A DNA stretch of 32,000 bases from Zymomonas mobilis subsp. mobilis ATCC 10988 (GTDB lineage: Bacteria; Pseudomonadota; Alphaproteobacteria; Sphingomonadales; Sphingomonadaceae), in assembly GCF_000175255.2 (NCBI RefSeq), contig NC_017262.1:1860001-1892000 (forward strand), in the 5' to 3' direction. Of this stretch, positions 1 through 10,858 are shown piece by piece. Made by a program: the position numbers and the translations under genes. How positions within the stretch are numbered: the first letter of the stretch is position 1; every line of letters starts with the position of its first letter. The notes beneath the pieces are model-generated. The model was not told where the DNA came from and searched no databases. It was given only the letters and a program-made list of their open reading frames with translations.

Positions 1-27
1 ACGGTTTAAACTAAGGGAGGCTGATAG

Positions 28-405
28 ATGGCACGTGTAAAACGCGGTACCACCACGCGGGCAAAACATAATCGGATTCTGGATCAGGCCAAAGGTTACT
101 ACGGTCGCCGGAAAAACACCATTCGTATTGCCCGTCAGGCAGTCGAAAAAGCCGGTCAGTATGCTTATCGCGACCGTAAGGTTAAAAAGCGTTCTTTCCG
201 CGCACTTTGGATTCAGCGTATCAACGCTGCTGTCCGCGCAGAAGGCTTGACCTATGGTGTTTTCATGTATGGTCTGAAATTAGCCGGTCTTGATCTTGAT
301 CGCAAAGTTCTGGCCGATCTGGCTATGAATGAATCGGCTGCTTTCGGCGCTATCATTGCTCAGGTCAAATCAGCTTTACCGGAAGGCGCACGCGTTGCAG
401 CTTGA
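28..405 (+). CDS. rplT: 50S ribosomal protein L20 (bL20)
   Basis: 125-aa ORF starting [18 protein letters not shown], with the basic composition typical of bL20. SD AAGGGAGG lies about 7 nt upstream of the ATG. pheS and pheT follow, as in the common rplT-pheST arrangement. Confidence 0.95.
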   Translation: MARVKRGTTTRAKHNRILDQAKGYYGRRKNTIRIARQAVEKAGQYAYRDRKVKKRSFRALWIQRINAAVRAEGLTYGVFMYGLKLAGLDLDRKVLADLAMNESAAFGAIIAQVKSALPEGARVAA

Positions 406-448
406 TGATTAAGCTTTTAAATAATCGCTTTCTTTAAGGTGATTGAGA

Positions 449-494
449 AAGGCATAGGAGCACTCTTCAGGGCGTTTCTATGCCTTCTTTTGTT
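449..494 (+). terminator. Putative rho-independent terminator after rplT
   Basis: AAGGCATAG (449-457) pairs with CTATGCCTT (478-486) and is followed by CTTTTGTT. The 20-nt loop is long, so this is only a moderate call. Confidence 0.45.
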
Positions 495-669
495 ATACAG
501 TCCAGTGCGCATCTTCATTCGGCTAAACCGTATGAAGATGCGTTCTGGAAAAATTTAATGATTTACTGTCTGATATCGGCTGAATATGGCAAAAATCTTT
601 TGGATTTTTTACGCTATAATAGGGTGATATTAAATATCTCCTTCCCATGAACAGCGCGTTAAACAGGCG

Positions 670-1794
670 ATGGTCACAAAAATGATGGAAAGCATGACCG
701 ATCTAGATAATCTGAAAGCCGATCTGATCGGCCAGATCTCTCAATCAGGGGATTTGGCCGGCTTGGAATCTGTGCGCGTCCATGCCCTCGGTAAGCAAGG
801 GGTTGTTACGGCGCTTTTAAAATCGCTCGGAAAGATGACTCCGGAAGAGCGGCAAGAAAAAGGGCCTGTCATCCACAGCCTACGACAAGCAGTGGCGCAA
901 GGGATTGCCGATCGTAAACAGGCTTTGGAAACAGCTTTACTGAATGAAAAGCTCGCAAGCGAAACCATAGATCTTTCCTTGCCTTCTCCCAAAATGCCGA
1001 AGGGATCACTGCATCCGGTTAGTCAGGTTATGGATGAGCTGGCTGAAATTTTTGCTGACCTTGGTTTTGCGGTGGCAAGCGGGCCCGAAATCGAAGATGA
1101 GTGGCATAATTTTAGCGCTTTGAATATCCCTGAAAGTCATCCGGCTCGTGCTATGCACGACACCTTCTATTTCGAACCTCAGGAAGGGGCTTCGGATAAA
1201 GGCGATAAAGGCCGGATGTTGCTTCGGACGCATACCTCTCCGGTTCAGATCCGAACGATGCAGGGACAGGAACCCCCTATACGCATCATTGCACCGGGAC
1301 GCACCTATCGTTCGGATTCAGATGCAACTCATACGCCGATGTTTCATCAAGTCGAAGGGCTAGTCATCGATAAGGGAGTGCATCTTGGACATTTGAAATG
1401 GACGCTTGAAACTTTTGTTCGCGCCTATTTTGAACGTGATGATATCGTTCTCCGTTTACGTCCCAGTTATTTCCCCTTCACTGAACCTTCTATGGAAGTT
1501 GATGTTGGTTATACCCTTGAAAAAGGGCGTCGTATTATCGGCGGAAAACAACCGGATGGCTGGATGGAAATTTTAGGATCCGGTATGGTTCATCCCAATG
1601 TGATTACCGCTTGCGGCCTTGATCCCAATGTCTGGCAAGGTTTTGCTTTTGGTTGCGGTATCGACCGTTTGGCTATGCTGAAATATGGCATGGATGATTT
1701 ACGGGCTTTCTTTGACGGCGATTTGCGCTGGTTGCGTCACTTTGGCTTTGCCGCGCTTGACGTGCCCACACTTTCAGGAGGAGTCGGCGCATGA
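670..1794 (+). CDS. pheS: Phenylalanine--tRNA ligase alpha subunit
   Basis: Class II aaRS motifs are present ([30 protein letters not shown]). The true start may be the ATG at 694 ([11 protein letters not shown]...), which fits the usual PheS N-terminus better. The stop overlaps the pheT start as ATGA at 1791-1794. Confidence 0.93.
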   Translation: MVTKMMESMTDLDNLKADLIGQISQSGDLAGLESVRVHALGKQGVVTALLKSLGKMTPEERQEKGPVIHSLRQAVAQGIADRKQALETALLNEKLASETIDLSLPSPKMPKGSLHPVSQVMDELAEIFADLGFAVASGPEIEDEWHNFSALNIPESHPARAMHDTFYFEPQEGASDKGDKGRMLLRTHTSPVQIRTMQGQEPPIRIIAPGRTYRSDSDATHTPMFHQVEGLVIDKGVHLGHLKWTLETFVRAYFERDDIVLRLRPSYFPFTEPSMEVDVGYTLEKGRRIIGGKQPDGWMEILGSGMVHPNVITACGLDPNVWQGFAFGCGIDRLAMLKYGMDDLRAFFDGDLRWLRHFGFAALDVPTLSGGVGA

Positions 1795-4160
1795 AGTTCA
1801 CGCTTTCATGGTTAAAAGAGCATCTGGAAACAGAAGCCTCTGTTCAGGAAATTGCTGATACGCTGACTCGTATCGGTCACGAAGTAGAATCGGTTCATAA
1901 TCCGGCTGACGGTTTGGAAGCATTTCGGATTGCACGCATCCTCACTGCTGAACGCCATCCACAGGCAGATCGCCTTCAGATTTTGGCGGTCGATGTCGGT
2001 GAATCCGAACCACTACAGGTTGTTTGCGGCGCAGCTAACGCGCGCGCTGGTCTGGTTGGCGTTTTTGCTGCCCCTGGTGTCTATGTCCCGGGTATTGATG
2101 TTACCCTGAAGATTGCTTCTATCCGTGGCGTTGAAAGCCGCGGGATGATGTGTTCCATCCGCGAACTCGGCCTTGGCGATGAACATGAGGGTATTCTTGA
2201 TTTGCCGCATGAGGCTCCCGTCGGCCAATCTTATGTCGAATGGGCAGGATTAGATGATCCCGTTTTCGATGTTGCTATCACCCCCGATCGTCAAGATTGT
2301 ATGGGTGTTCGTGGCTTAGCACGTGATTTGGCAACAGCGGGTATCGGTCGATTAAAGCCTTTGGCTATTCCAAGGGTTCCTGTCACGGATGCAGCTCCCG
2401 CTGAAATCACTATCGAAGATAAAGAGGGTTGTCCTGCCTTTTTTGGTCAGCTTATTCACGGGATCCAAAACGGCCCTTCGCCGGAATGGATGGCAAGAAG
2501 ATTACGGGCTATCGGTTTCAGACCGACTTCGGCTTTGGTCGATATCACCAATTATATCATGTTTGATTTGGGGCGTCCGCTTCATGTCTATGATGCAGGA
2601 GCTATCAAAGGTAAATTGACAGCTCGGAAAGCCCAGAATAACGAAAAAATAGAAGCTCTGAATGGCAAAAGCTATGATCTTGATCCTTCGATCACGGTGA
2701 TCGCTGACGATCAGGGTGTCAAAAACATCGCTGGTATCATGGGCGCTGAAAAAGCTAGCGTTTCTGGCTCAACCACAGATGTCATTATTGAATGTGCCTA
2801 TTTTGATCCGGCAGCTGTCTCACAGGCTGGTCAAAAATTAGGACTGGCTTCAGATGCTCGGATTCGTTTTGAACGAGGCGTTGATCCAGCCTTTTTGAAT
2901 GAAGGCTTACAGATCTCTGCCCGCATGGTCCTCGATTTTTGCGGTGGTAAAGCCACACAGGCGGTCACGTTAGGCGAAGCGCCTTCTGCTGTTCCGGTCA
3001 TTTCTTATGATCCTTCTTATGTGACGTCGCTTGCCGCAATGGATGTTGCACCAGCTCGCCAACGGGAAATCCTTGAACAATTGGGTTTTGCGATTGATGC
3101 AGGCTGGCGTGTTCGTGTGCCGAGCTTCCGTCGCGATGTCAGCGTTGTTGCCGATATCGTCGCTGATATTGTGAGAATTGAAGGGCTCGATAATGTGCCT
3201 TCAACTGCTCTTGATCGTGGTGATGGTGTGGCTCGCCCGATTGCAACCCATGGTCAGTTGACAGAACGGCGGGTGCGTCGCGCAGCGGCTGCTTTTGGTA
3301 TGAATGAAGCCGTTACATGGAGCTTCATCTCCGAAAAAGATGCCAATATTTTTGGTGGTGCTTTCTGGAAACTTGCTAACCCGATTAGTGAAGATATGAA
3401 GGTGATGCGACCTTCCTTATTGCCGGGGTTGCTTACCGCTGCCAAACGTAATCGGGATCGGGGACAGTCTACTATTCGCTTATTCGAAGTTGGACGTCGT
3501 TATTTGCAAGAAGCTGAACGTCCAACTTTGGGGCTGATTTTTGCTGGTGAGCGGATGAGCCGCGATTGGCAATACGGAAAAAGCCAGAATTTCGACGCTT
3601 ATGATGCCAAAACCGCTGTTTCTGCTATGCTGGATTCAGTCGGCATGCCCGTTGAAAAATTGCAGTTGCTGGGTGATGCCGGTGATGTTTATCATCCGGG
3701 GCGTTCAGGCCGATTGTGTCTTGGACCCAAAAACACTTTAGCTGTTTTTGGTGAAATTCATCCAGCTATTCTGGCTGAATTCAATATGGAAGGGCCTGTC
3801 ATCGGGGCAGAAATATTCTTGGATGCCTTGCCGCTTCGCAAAAATTCGGGGCAGCTGCGGCAGCCTTACGCACCCAGTATGCTACAGCCTGTTTTCCGTG
3901 ATTTTGCCTTCTTGCTACCAAAAGACGTTCCTGCAGCTGATTTAGTGCGCAGCATCGCCGGTGCCGACAAAAATGCGATTGTCGAGGCTCGTATTTTTGA
4001 CGTCTTTACAGGCGAAACGATAGACGAGAATGAAAAGTCATTGGGCATTGAAGTCATGCTGCAACCTGCAGAAAAAAGCTTCACTGATGCTGAATTGCAG
4101 GCCATTAGCGATAAAATCGTCGCAGCGGCTGCCAAAAAGGGGGCTCGTTTAAGGGCCTGA
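1791..4160 (+). CDS. pheT: Phenylalanine--tRNA ligase beta subunit
   Basis: 789-aa ORF with an N-terminal tRNA-binding-domain-like segment ([18 protein letters not shown]...VVCGAANA). Its length and domain order are typical of PheT, and it is translationally coupled to pheS. Confidence 0.95.
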   Translation: MKFTLSWLKEHLETEASVQEIADTLTRIGHEVESVHNPADGLEAFRIARILTAERHPQADRLQILAVDVGESEPLQVVCGAANARAGLVGVFAAPGVYVPGIDVTLKIASIRGVESRGMMCSIRELGLGDEHEGILDLPHEAPVGQSYVEWAGLDDPVFDVAITPDRQDCMGVRGLARDLATAGIGRLKPLAIPRVPVTDAAPAEITIEDKEGCPAFFGQLIHGIQNGPSPEWMARRLRAIGFRPTSALVDITNYIMFDLGRPLHVYDAGAIKGKLTARKAQNNEKIEALNGKSYDLDPSITVIADDQGVKNIAGIMGAEKASVSGSTTDVIIECAYFDPAAVSQAGQKLGLASDARIRFERGVDPAFLNEGLQISARMVLDFCGGKATQAVTLGEAPSAVPVISYDPSYVTSLAAMDVAPARQREILEQLGFAIDAGWRVRVPSFRRDVSVVADIVADIVRIEGLDNVPSTALDRGDGVARPIATHGQLTERRVRRAAAAFGMNEAVTWSFISEKDANIFGGAFWKLANPISEDMKVMRPSLLPGLLTAAKRNRDRGQSTIRLFEVGRRYLQEAERPTLGLIFAGERMSRDWQYGKSQNFDAYDAKTAVSAMLDSVGMPVEKLQLLGDAGDVYHPGRSGRLCLGPKNTLAVFGEIHPAILAEFNMEGPVIGAEIFLDALPLRKNSGQLRQPYAPSMLQPVFRDFAFLLPKDVPAADLVRSIAGADKNAIVEARIFDVFTGETIDENEKSLGIEVMLQPAEKSFTDAELQAISDKIVAAAAKKGARLRA

Positions 4161-4184
4161 AATTAGAAAAATTTGTTTTATTCA

Positions 4185-4218
4185 AGGCGGATATGGCATC
4201 ATATCCGCCTCTTTTTTG
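4185..4218 (+). terminator. Rho-independent terminator after pheT
   Basis: AGGCGGATATG / CATATCCGCCT stem with a 4-nt loop, followed by CTTTTTTGTC. Confidence 0.75.
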
Positions 4219-4236
4219 TCTTTTTGAGGAAAATTG

Positions 4237-6024
4237 ATGGCTGTTAAAGGTAAGGAATACCCTCATGATTCACTAACCAATCTGAGGCGTTTTTTACGTT
4301 ACCTCTGGCCTAAAAATCGGCGAGATCTCAAAACAAGACTGTTGCTTGCTTTGGTCATGGTTCTCTTTTCAAAGGCTATTATTCTATTGATGCCCTTTGC
4401 ATATAAAGGGGTCATAGACCACATGACGGCTCCTGAAAAAACGGGGACAGGCATCGCAATGGCCTTGGCAGTAGCTTATGCCGCCAGTCGATTCGGAAGC
4501 GTTCTTTTTGATAATTTACGAAACGCTATCTTTGAGGCTGTAGGGCAAAATGCAGCAAAAGAATTATCCGTAGAATTATTCAAACATTTGCATGATTTGC
4601 CTCTGTCTTTTCATCTTGAACGACGGACAGGATCTTTGACGCGCATTATTGAGCGCGGCACAAAAAGCATTGATTCAATGCTCTATTATTTGATCTTCAA
4701 TATAGGTCCTACAATTTTTGAATTGATAGCGACCTGCATTATTTTTGTTCTTTCTGGCTGGGGTTGGGGTATGGTGATGGCTACTTTAGCTATGATCGCT
4801 ATTTATATTCTCTTTACCCGTATCATAACAGAAAAACGGGTTGCTCTACGTCGGGAATGGGCAGAATATGACCAACAGGCGGGGCAATATGCGCTTGATT
4901 CACTGCTTAACTATGAAACTGTTAAGTATTTTAATGCCGAGAGTTTAGAGACTAAACGCTATTCCAAAATAGCTACGCATCTTTCTGATGCTACGGTCAA
5001 AGTTGAAAGCTCTCTGGCCTTTCTTAATATTGGCCAATCTCTAATTACCAATATTCTGATGGCAGGAAGTATGATTTTTACTGTCTGGGGATGGAGCCAT
5101 AATCGTTTTTCGGTTGGGGATGTCGTTCTTATTAATAGCCTTTTGTTGCAACTTTTTCGACCATTAGACTTTTTAGGAACCGTTTACCGTCAGGTCAGAC
5201 AAGGTTTAACCGATATGGCTGCGGTCTTCCGATTGATAGATACAAAGGCGACATTAGAAGACAAAGCCCATGCTCCAGCCTTACAGATTAAGACAGGCGA
5301 GCTACGTTTTGAGCATGTGCAATTCCAATATCATGCAGATCGCTCGATCTTAAAGGATATCGATTTTATCCTCCCCGCTGGTCAAAGCTTGGCTATTGTT
5401 GGTTCTTCCGGTGCCGGAAAATCAACTTTAGTACGCCTATTATACCGTTTTTATGATGTAACCGGTGGGCGAATATTGATTGATCATCAAGATATACGAG
5501 AGGTTACACAGCATTCTTTACGGCAAATTCTAGGTATGGTGCCACAGGATATAGTCCTCTTTAATGACACTATCGAATATAATATTCGTTATGGCCGTCC
5601 CAATGCTTCCTTTGAAGAGATTAGACAGGCAGCACGGGGAGCTGCTATCTCTGATTTTATTAACTCCCTGCCGCAAGGTTATCAAACGACTGTTGGAGAG
5701 CGCGGATTGAAACTATCGGGTGGAGAAAAACAACGCATTGCTATCGCTCGGATGCTGCTAAAAAATCCACCTATTTTATTATTCGATGAAGCAACCAGCG
5801 CGCTTGATAGTCATAGTGAAGCTGATATTCAGGCTACTCTCAATCAGATAGCTCAAAACAGGACAACGATTATTATTGCCCATCGCTTATCTACGATTGT
5901 TCACGCTGATCAGATTATAGTCCTTAATCATGGCAGAATTGCAGAATGTGGCAACCATCAAACCTTATTGGCTCAAAATGGTCTCTATGCCACGATGTGG
6001 AAACGACAAAGTCAAAAGGGGTAA
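4237..6024 (+). CDS. ABC transporter permease/ATPase fusion, Atm1/ABCB7-like exporter
   Basis: N-terminal half with multiple hydrophobic helices, then Walker A GSSGAGKST, signature LSGGEKQR and Walker B ILLFDEATSALD. GAGGA lies 6 nt upstream of the ATG at 4237; the tracked TTG at 4234 is less likely. Assignment to the Atm1/HMT1 subgroup is by resemblance only. Confidence 0.85.
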   Translation: MAVKGKEYPHDSLTNLRRFLRYLWPKNRRDLKTRLLLALVMVLFSKAIILLMPFAYKGVIDHMTAPEKTGTGIAMALAVAYAASRFGSVLFDNLRNAIFEAVGQNAAKELSVELFKHLHDLPLSFHLERRTGSLTRIIERGTKSIDSMLYYLIFNIGPTIFELIATCIIFVLSGWGWGMVMATLAMIAIYILFTRIITEKRVALRREWAEYDQQAGQYALDSLLNYETVKYFNAESLETKRYSKIATHLSDATVKVESSLAFLNIGQSLITNILMAGSMIFTVWGWSHNRFSVGDVVLINSLLLQLFRPLDFLGTVYRQVRQGLTDMAAVFRLIDTKATLEDKAHAPALQIKTGELRFEHVQFQYHADRSILKDIDFILPAGQSLAIVGSSGAGKSTLVRLLYRFYDVTGGRILIDHQDIREVTQHSLRQILGMVPQDIVLFNDTIEYNIRYGRPNASFEEIRQAARGAAISDFINSLPQGYQTTVGERGLKLSGGEKQRIAIARMLLKNPPILLFDEATSALDSHSEADIQATLNQIAQNRTTIIIAHRLSTIVHADQIIVLNHGRIAECGNHQTLLAQNGLYATMWKRQSQKG

Positions 6025-6034
6025 TGCCAAATGC

Positions 6035-6065
6035 AAAAAAGGGGGATAAAATCTCCCCCTTTTTT
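6035..6065. terminator. Bidirectional rho-independent terminator between convergent genes
   Basis: AAAAAAGGGGGA-TAAAATC-TCCCCCTTTTTT: a GC stem flanked by an A-run and a T-run. It sits between the 3' ends of the ABC gene (+) and the DUF4167 gene (-). Confidence 0.8.
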
Positions 6066-6083
6066 ATTTATTCTTAAATGCTC

Positions 6084-7157
6084 TTAGGCTTCAGCTGCGG
6101 CGCTTTCAACTTCTGCTTTCGGGCGCCGTCCACGACGGCGTGGCTTTTCTTCTTCCTGATCAGCATTTTCTACTGGATTGATAGCAGGGGGCAAACGATC
6201 TGCTTCTAATCGTGCTTCTGCTTCAATAACAGCTTTTGGTCGCCGGCCACGACGGCGAACAGGAGCTTCTGCTACTGTATCGGAATCGATTGCCGGAATA
6301 GCCTCTGCATTGTTTTCTTGCAGGTCGCCTTCAGTATAGCGCTGCGCCTCTGCTGCTTTCCGTGCTTCCGCTTCAACGACAGCTTTCGGTCGCCGGCCAC
6401 GACGACGAACTGGCGGTGTTACGGCTTCTTCTGATGAAACGTCCATTGGAATAGAGGGTTGAGCTTGAATCGGCATCGCCGTTTCAGTCATCCGGTTATC
6501 TTCTCTATCCATAAAATCTGCACGGATATCGGTGCGATCATTATTCTCTACAATTCGTCGCGACCGAACTGGGCTGTTATAGTCATTATTTCCGAAATTG
6601 GTGTTATACCCGTTATCAGCGCCATTACGATCATCGCCGGCCAAACGGCTTTCACCTACAACCCGACGAGGCCGTCTAACGACACGGTTTTCCGTATTGT
6701 AAGAAGAAGAGGGACGACGATTATCAAACCGGTTATCCATAGGCTGACGTGAATTATCAGCATTTTGTCTGCTATCCATGGATGAACGGTTGTCTATGAT
6801 CTGTTCGTTATTATCGCCTTCTTGCGATAAATTACGATCACGCATCCGCGCTTCTTCATAACGAAGCCGATTATCATTCAAAATGCGGAAATAATGATCT
6901 GCGAATTGAAGGTAATATTCGGTCATTACCCGATCACCTTGCAACTGCATATCACGAGCCAGAGCCTTGTATTTCTCATGAAGCTGACTTGCATTTCCGC
7001 GTGCACGGTTATCGATACGATTATTGCGATCTATTCCGTTATTGGAATTAGACCGGGGCAAGCCCCCGCTACGCCCACGGCGTCGGCCGTTCTGACGATT
7101 ATTGATCAACTGTTCGCTGCCTTCGTCACTACTGGTGGTTAAGTCACCATCCGCCAT
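6084..7157 (-). CDS. DUF4167 domain-containing protein; Arg/Asn/Asp-rich, low complexity, with C-terminal basic repeats
   Basis: The N-terminal block RGNASQLHEKYKALARDMQLQGDRVMTEYYLQFADHYFRIL matches my recollection of the DUF4167 core. It is followed by DNR-rich low complexity and three RRRGRRPKA-x-(V/I)E-x-(E/A)A repeats. It lies downstream of prfA-prmC on the same strand. Confidence 0.75.
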   Translation of the reverse strand: MADGDLTTSSDEGSEQLINNRQNGRRRGRSGGLPRSNSNNGIDRNNRIDNRARGNASQLHEKYKALARDMQLQGDRVMTEYYLQFADHYFRILNDNRLRYEEARMRDRNLSQEGDNNEQIIDNRSSMDSRQNADNSRQPMDNRFDNRRPSSSYNTENRVVRRPRRVVGESRLAGDDRNGADNGYNTNFGNNDYNSPVRSRRIVENNDRTDIRADFMDREDNRMTETAMPIQAQPSIPMDVSSEEAVTPPVRRRGRRPKAVVEAEARKAAEAQRYTEGDLQENNAEAIPAIDSDTVAEAPVRRRGRRPKAVIEAEARLEADRLPPAINPVENADQEEEKPRRRGRRPKAEVESAAAEA

Positions 7158-7467
7158 TGCGACCGGATAACGGGGAGTAAAACTATTTCATCCGCTATGC
7201 CGAAAATGGCGGGCTACGTTATTCCCCCTTGAAGACATTGCCCAAAGTCAATGTCATAACTTCTGGAGCCGTTACGACGTTTTGATATCTGCCCCGAAAA
7301 GGAACATCGGGAACGCCATGAAGCTACCATTGGGAATTGGCTTAAAAAGTCGGGCGTTAATGCCAGCTTACTTTTGTTTGCCTCTTTCTTTCTTAAGCAG
7401 TCTCAGGGATAAATCCAAGCATTATATTGAGATATCTATAAATTTTTCGAAAAAAACTGAAAAATTA

Positions 7468-8364
7468 TCACCTAGATAGCAAAACACAGCGTGGCCTTTG
7501 TTCAAGATCGTAAAAAATTCGACTCCTCAATCCGGTCTCTTTAGCAATCATGCTAACATTTTCGGCCTGATCGAATCCGATTTCGAGACAAGCAATACCA
7601 CGCTCGGTTAAAAGAGAAGGGATTTCCGGTATAATCTCACGATAATCATCTAACCCTTCATCTCCCGAAAATAAGGCCAGATGTGGTTCATAATGCAAGA
7701 CATCAGCAGGCATCATGGCATCTCTGGCAATATAGGGTGGATTACATAATAAAAGATCGAATTTTTGTTGAATCCCTCTTCCCCAATGACTGATCTTGAA
7801 CTCCACGCGAGGTAGAGCACCGCATTTATCAGCATTGAGGCGGGCAATTTTTATAGCCTCAGTTGAGGCATCAACGCCAAGCCCTTTCGCGTCTTTCCAC
7901 TCATCTAAAGCTGCTAACAACAAGGCACCAGAACCAGTGCCAAGATCCAGAATATTTTCTGGTAAAAAAGCCTGTTCACGAAAATAGGCAATGGCCGTTT
8001 CGATAAGGGTTTCACTGTCAGGACGGGGAATTAAAACATCAGGCGTTACAGTCAGACGCAAAGTCCAAAAATCCCGATATCCTAAAATATAGGCTACCGG
8101 CTCATTTTGTTTACGGCGCTTTATGGCTTCAAAAAAGGAAAGGGGCGCTTCTTTTTCGCCCCATGATCCTAATAGCAGGGCATCCCGCTCTATGCCCAAG
8201 CTATGCGCCATCAATAATTCGGCATCAAGCCGCGCCGTCATGCTGACAGTTGCCAGATCACGGGCGGCTTCACGCAAAGCTTCGGTAATAGAGAGCGGTC
8301 TTACCAGACTCTCGGAAGATTTAATCATCCAGACTTGCCAGTCTTTCGGCTTCATCTTCTGCAA
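7468..8364 (-). CDS. prmC: Release-factor glutamine N5-methyltransferase (HemK/PrmC)
   Basis: SAM-binding DLGTGSGA and catalytic NPPY (LLCNPPYIA). The position right after prfA is canonical. An alternative start at 8328 (MIKSSES...) would overlap the prfA stop as ATGATTAA and give a more typical length. Confidence 0.9.
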   Translation of the reverse strand: MQKMKPKDWQVWMIKSSESLVRPLSITEALREAARDLATVSMTARLDAELLMAHSLGIERDALLLGSWGEKEAPLSFFEAIKRRKQNEPVAYILGYRDFWTLRLTVTPDVLIPRPDSETLIETAIAYFREQAFLPENILDLGTGSGALLLAALDEWKDAKGLGVDASTEAIKIARLNADKCGALPRVEFKISHWGRGIQQKFDLLLCNPPYIARDAMMPADVLHYEPHLALFSGDEGLDDYREIIPEIPSLLTERGIACLEIGFDQAENVSMIAKETGLRSRIFYDLEQRPRCVLLSR

Positions 8365-9397
8365 TCAAAGCCGAGATTACTTCGTCTAAACCAGGACCGG
8401 CCAAGATTTCCGGTAAACGATGCAAGGTCAGATTGATACGATGATCGGTTACTCGCCCTTGTGGAAAATTATAGGTGCGGATACGTTCAGAACGGTCACC
8501 GGATCCTACCATAGATTTACGCTGGCCCGCCCGTTCGGAATGCAACCTTTCCCGTTCTCTTTCATAAAGCCTTGCTCGCAACACTTTCATTGCCTTGGCT
8601 TTATTCTTGTGTTGGGATTTTTCATCCTGCTGGCTAACAACAATACCACTAGGAATATGGGTGATACGAACAGCAGAATCCGTTGTATTCACAGATTGTC
8701 CACCTGGTCCCGAAGAACGGAAAATATCAATACGCAGGTCACGTTCATCAATATCAACGTCGACTTCTTCGGCTTCAGGCAGAACTGCTACAGTCGCCGC
8801 CGATGTATGGATACGGCCACCGCTTTCGGTAACCGGTACACGCTGTACGCGATGCACCCCACTCTCAAATTTCAAACGGGCGAACACACCTGCGCCAGTG
8901 ATACTGATAACGACTTCTTTATAACCACCCAATTCAGCGGCACTGGCAGAAATCATTTCAACGCGCCACCCATGCTCCTCGGCATAGCGGCTGTACATCC
9001 GAAGAAGATCACCGCCAAACAAAGCCGCTTCATCACCGCCGGTTCCGGCACGAATTTCTAGAATAGCCGAGCGTTCATCAGCCGCATCACGAGGTAATAA
9101 GCTAAGAGCCAAAGCCCGTTCGGCTTCAGCCAAAGCTGTTTTGTTAGCTTCTAATTCTTCGACAGCCATGGCCTGTAATTCAGGATCGTCATCCTTGGTC
9201 ATGGCTTCCAGCGTTTCGCCTTCTTCCCGTAAACGCCCGACATTTTCAGCTGCCAAAGCAACCGGTTCGACTTCGGAATATTCGCGGGATAATGCAACCA
9301 AACGGTTAGAATCCAGATCAGGCCGTGCCATCTCGGCCTGTAATTCTTCCCGTCTGGCAATAATAGCCGCCAAACGATCAGGTGAAATTGCGATCAT
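8321..9397 (-). CDS. prfA: Peptide chain release factor 1
   Basis: GGQ motif ([11 protein letters not shown]), the RF1-type PxT tripeptide context ([14 protein letters not shown]), and a 358-aa length. Confidence 0.95.
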   Translation of the reverse strand: MIAISPDRLAAIIARREELQAEMARPDLDSNRLVALSREYSEVEPVALAAENVGRLREEGETLEAMTKDDDPELQAMAVEELEANKTALAEAERALALSLLPRDAADERSAILEIRAGTGGDEAALFGGDLLRMYSRYAEEHGWRVEMISASAAELGGYKEVVISITGAGVFARLKFESGVHRVQRVPVTESGGRIHTSAATVAVLPEAEEVDVDIDERDLRIDIFRSSGPGGQSVNTTDSAVRITHIPSGIVVSQQDEKSQHKNKAKAMKVLRARLYERERERLHSERAGQRKSMVGSGDRSERIRTYNFPQGRVTDHRINLTLHRLPEILAGPGLDEVISALIAEDEAERLASLDD

Positions 9398-10662
9398 TTA
9401 TTCCTCAATTCTGATAAAATCCGGTCAACAATCTGATCAAGCGCAATAGCCTGCTGCTCACCTGTCACCATACTTCTAACGGTTGCTTCGTTTCGGGCTA
9501 ATTCTTCTTCGCCCAAAATGACGGCATAACGGACACCCCAACCATTGGCCTTTTGCATCCGCCGTTTCATATTTCCACGCCATGACATATCGGCAGAAAT
9601 ACCGGCATGTCTTAACTTAGAAAGAATAGAAATCGCTGGATTCTTGGCCTCTTCACCTAGAGGAATAACCGCCACATTCATGGTATCCTCTTTAGGTTCA
9701 TCGATTAACATGGCTAGACGTTCAATACCGGCTGCCCATCCAATAGCTGGTGTCAGATTCCCGCCTAAAGCTTCAGAAAGACCATCGTAACGCCCACCAG
9801 CCAGGACCGTGCCTTGCGCACCCAACTGGTCAGTAATAAATTCAAAAGCCGTATGACGATAATAATCCAGACCGCGCACCAATCTAGGATCGCGCGTCCA
9901 TGCCACACCAGCAGCATCGAGTCCGGTTGTTACCGCCTTGAAAAAAGAAGCGGCTTCTTCTGTCAGATAGTCATCAATGATCGGCGCTTTTTCGGCAATA
10001 ATTTTATCATTGGGGTCTTTAGAATCCAAAATCCGCAAAGGATTGCGCGTTAAACGTTCCTGACTTTCCTGCGACAGACTGTCAAAATGCCCTTGAAAAT
10101 ACTCGATCAAGGCAGCACGCCAAGCCTCACGGCTGGCACTATCCCCTAAAGTATTCAAGTGAAGGGTCACGTGTTGCTTAATCCCAAGCGATTCCAGCAA
10201 TTGATCGGCAAGAGAAAGTAATTCAACATCCGCTTCTGGTTCTGCAGCCCCGATGACTTCGGCATCTATCTGATGGAACTGGCGATAACGTCCTTTTTGG
10301 GGACGTTCATAACGGAAGACGGGGCCATGGGTTGCAATTTTGCAGGGTGAATATTGCTGCCACCCACTTGTGAGATAAGCACGGGTCAATCCGGCAGTAA
10401 ATTCGGGCCGAAGCGTCAATTGCTCACCAGAACGATCAGGAAAGCTGTACATTTCTTTGGAAACAACATCCGTTGTTTCACCCAAAGAACGCGCAAAGAC
10501 GGCAGTTGATTCGAAAACCGGAATTTCTGCCCGTTTAAAACCGTATAGCTTTCTTATCTCATCAAATTTGTTGACGACATGGTTAAAGCGAAGTGAATCT
10601 TCACCAAAAATATCCTGTGTGCCACGAATCGGCTGGGGCGTTTTAATTTTCATGCCATTCAT
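9394..10662 (-). CDS. hisS: Histidine--tRNA ligase
   Basis: Class II HisRS motifs ([14 protein letters not shown]) plus a C-terminal anticodon-binding-like domain, so this is HisS rather than HisZ. The stop overlaps the prfA start as ATGA. Confidence 0.92.
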   Translation of the reverse strand: MNGMKIKTPQPIRGTQDIFGEDSLRFNHVVNKFDEIRKLYGFKRAEIPVFESTAVFARSLGETTDVVSKEMYSFPDRSGEQLTLRPEFTAGLTRAYLTSGWQQYSPCKIATHGPVFRYERPQKGRYRQFHQIDAEVIGAAEPEADVELLSLADQLLESLGIKQHVTLHLNTLGDSASREAWRAALIEYFQGHFDSLSQESQERLTRNPLRILDSKDPNDKIIAEKAPIIDDYLTEEAASFFKAVTTGLDAAGVAWTRDPRLVRGLDYYRHTAFEFITDQLGAQGTVLAGGRYDGLSEALGGNLTPAIGWAAGIERLAMLIDEPKEDTMNVAVIPLGEEAKNPAISILSKLRHAGISADMSWRGNMKRRMQKANGWGVRYAVILGEEELARNEATVRSMVTGEQQAIALDQIVDRILSELRNK

Positions 10663-10858
10663 CCGGCTAATAAAATAAAGATGTTTTTCAAGAGTTGCCC
10701 GCGTCTAACCTATTTTTCTGGTTGTGCAAAATTTTGTATGCGCAGCTGATGCAGAAAGATCATCTGTTGCCTTTTCATCCAAAAAGACTTTTTTCTTCCT
10801 CAAAAGACAGAAAAAGAGGCTTGTGATAAAAACAAGCCCGCATTATCGCAATTTTATT

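Noticed and set aside
7321-7370. The TAATGCCAGC string resembles the 3' part of the TPP riboswitch THI-box.
   Set aside because: There is no CTGAGA element or pairing partner upstream. No plus-strand gene lies downstream either. This is a chance match.
7282-7479. 65-aa plus-strand ORF in the prmC-DUF4167 spacer.
   Set aside because: The ORF-track coordinate begins at TTG. The ORF has no SD, it overlaps the prmC 3' end, and its sequence is unremarkable. It is probably non-coding leader DNA.
8420-9061. 213-aa and 109-aa ORFs antisense to prfA.
   Set aside because: prfA on the minus strand is unambiguous (GGQ motif, full length). The antisense products are low-complexity with no start signals.
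10724-10858. N-terminal extensions of tracked ORFs: ppa from 10724, hisB from 12466, hisH from 13028, hisA from 13894, argB from 22185.
   Set aside because: The extensions overlap neighbouring genes or add non-homologous residues ahead of well-known N-termini. Internal starts with better context were chosen instead.
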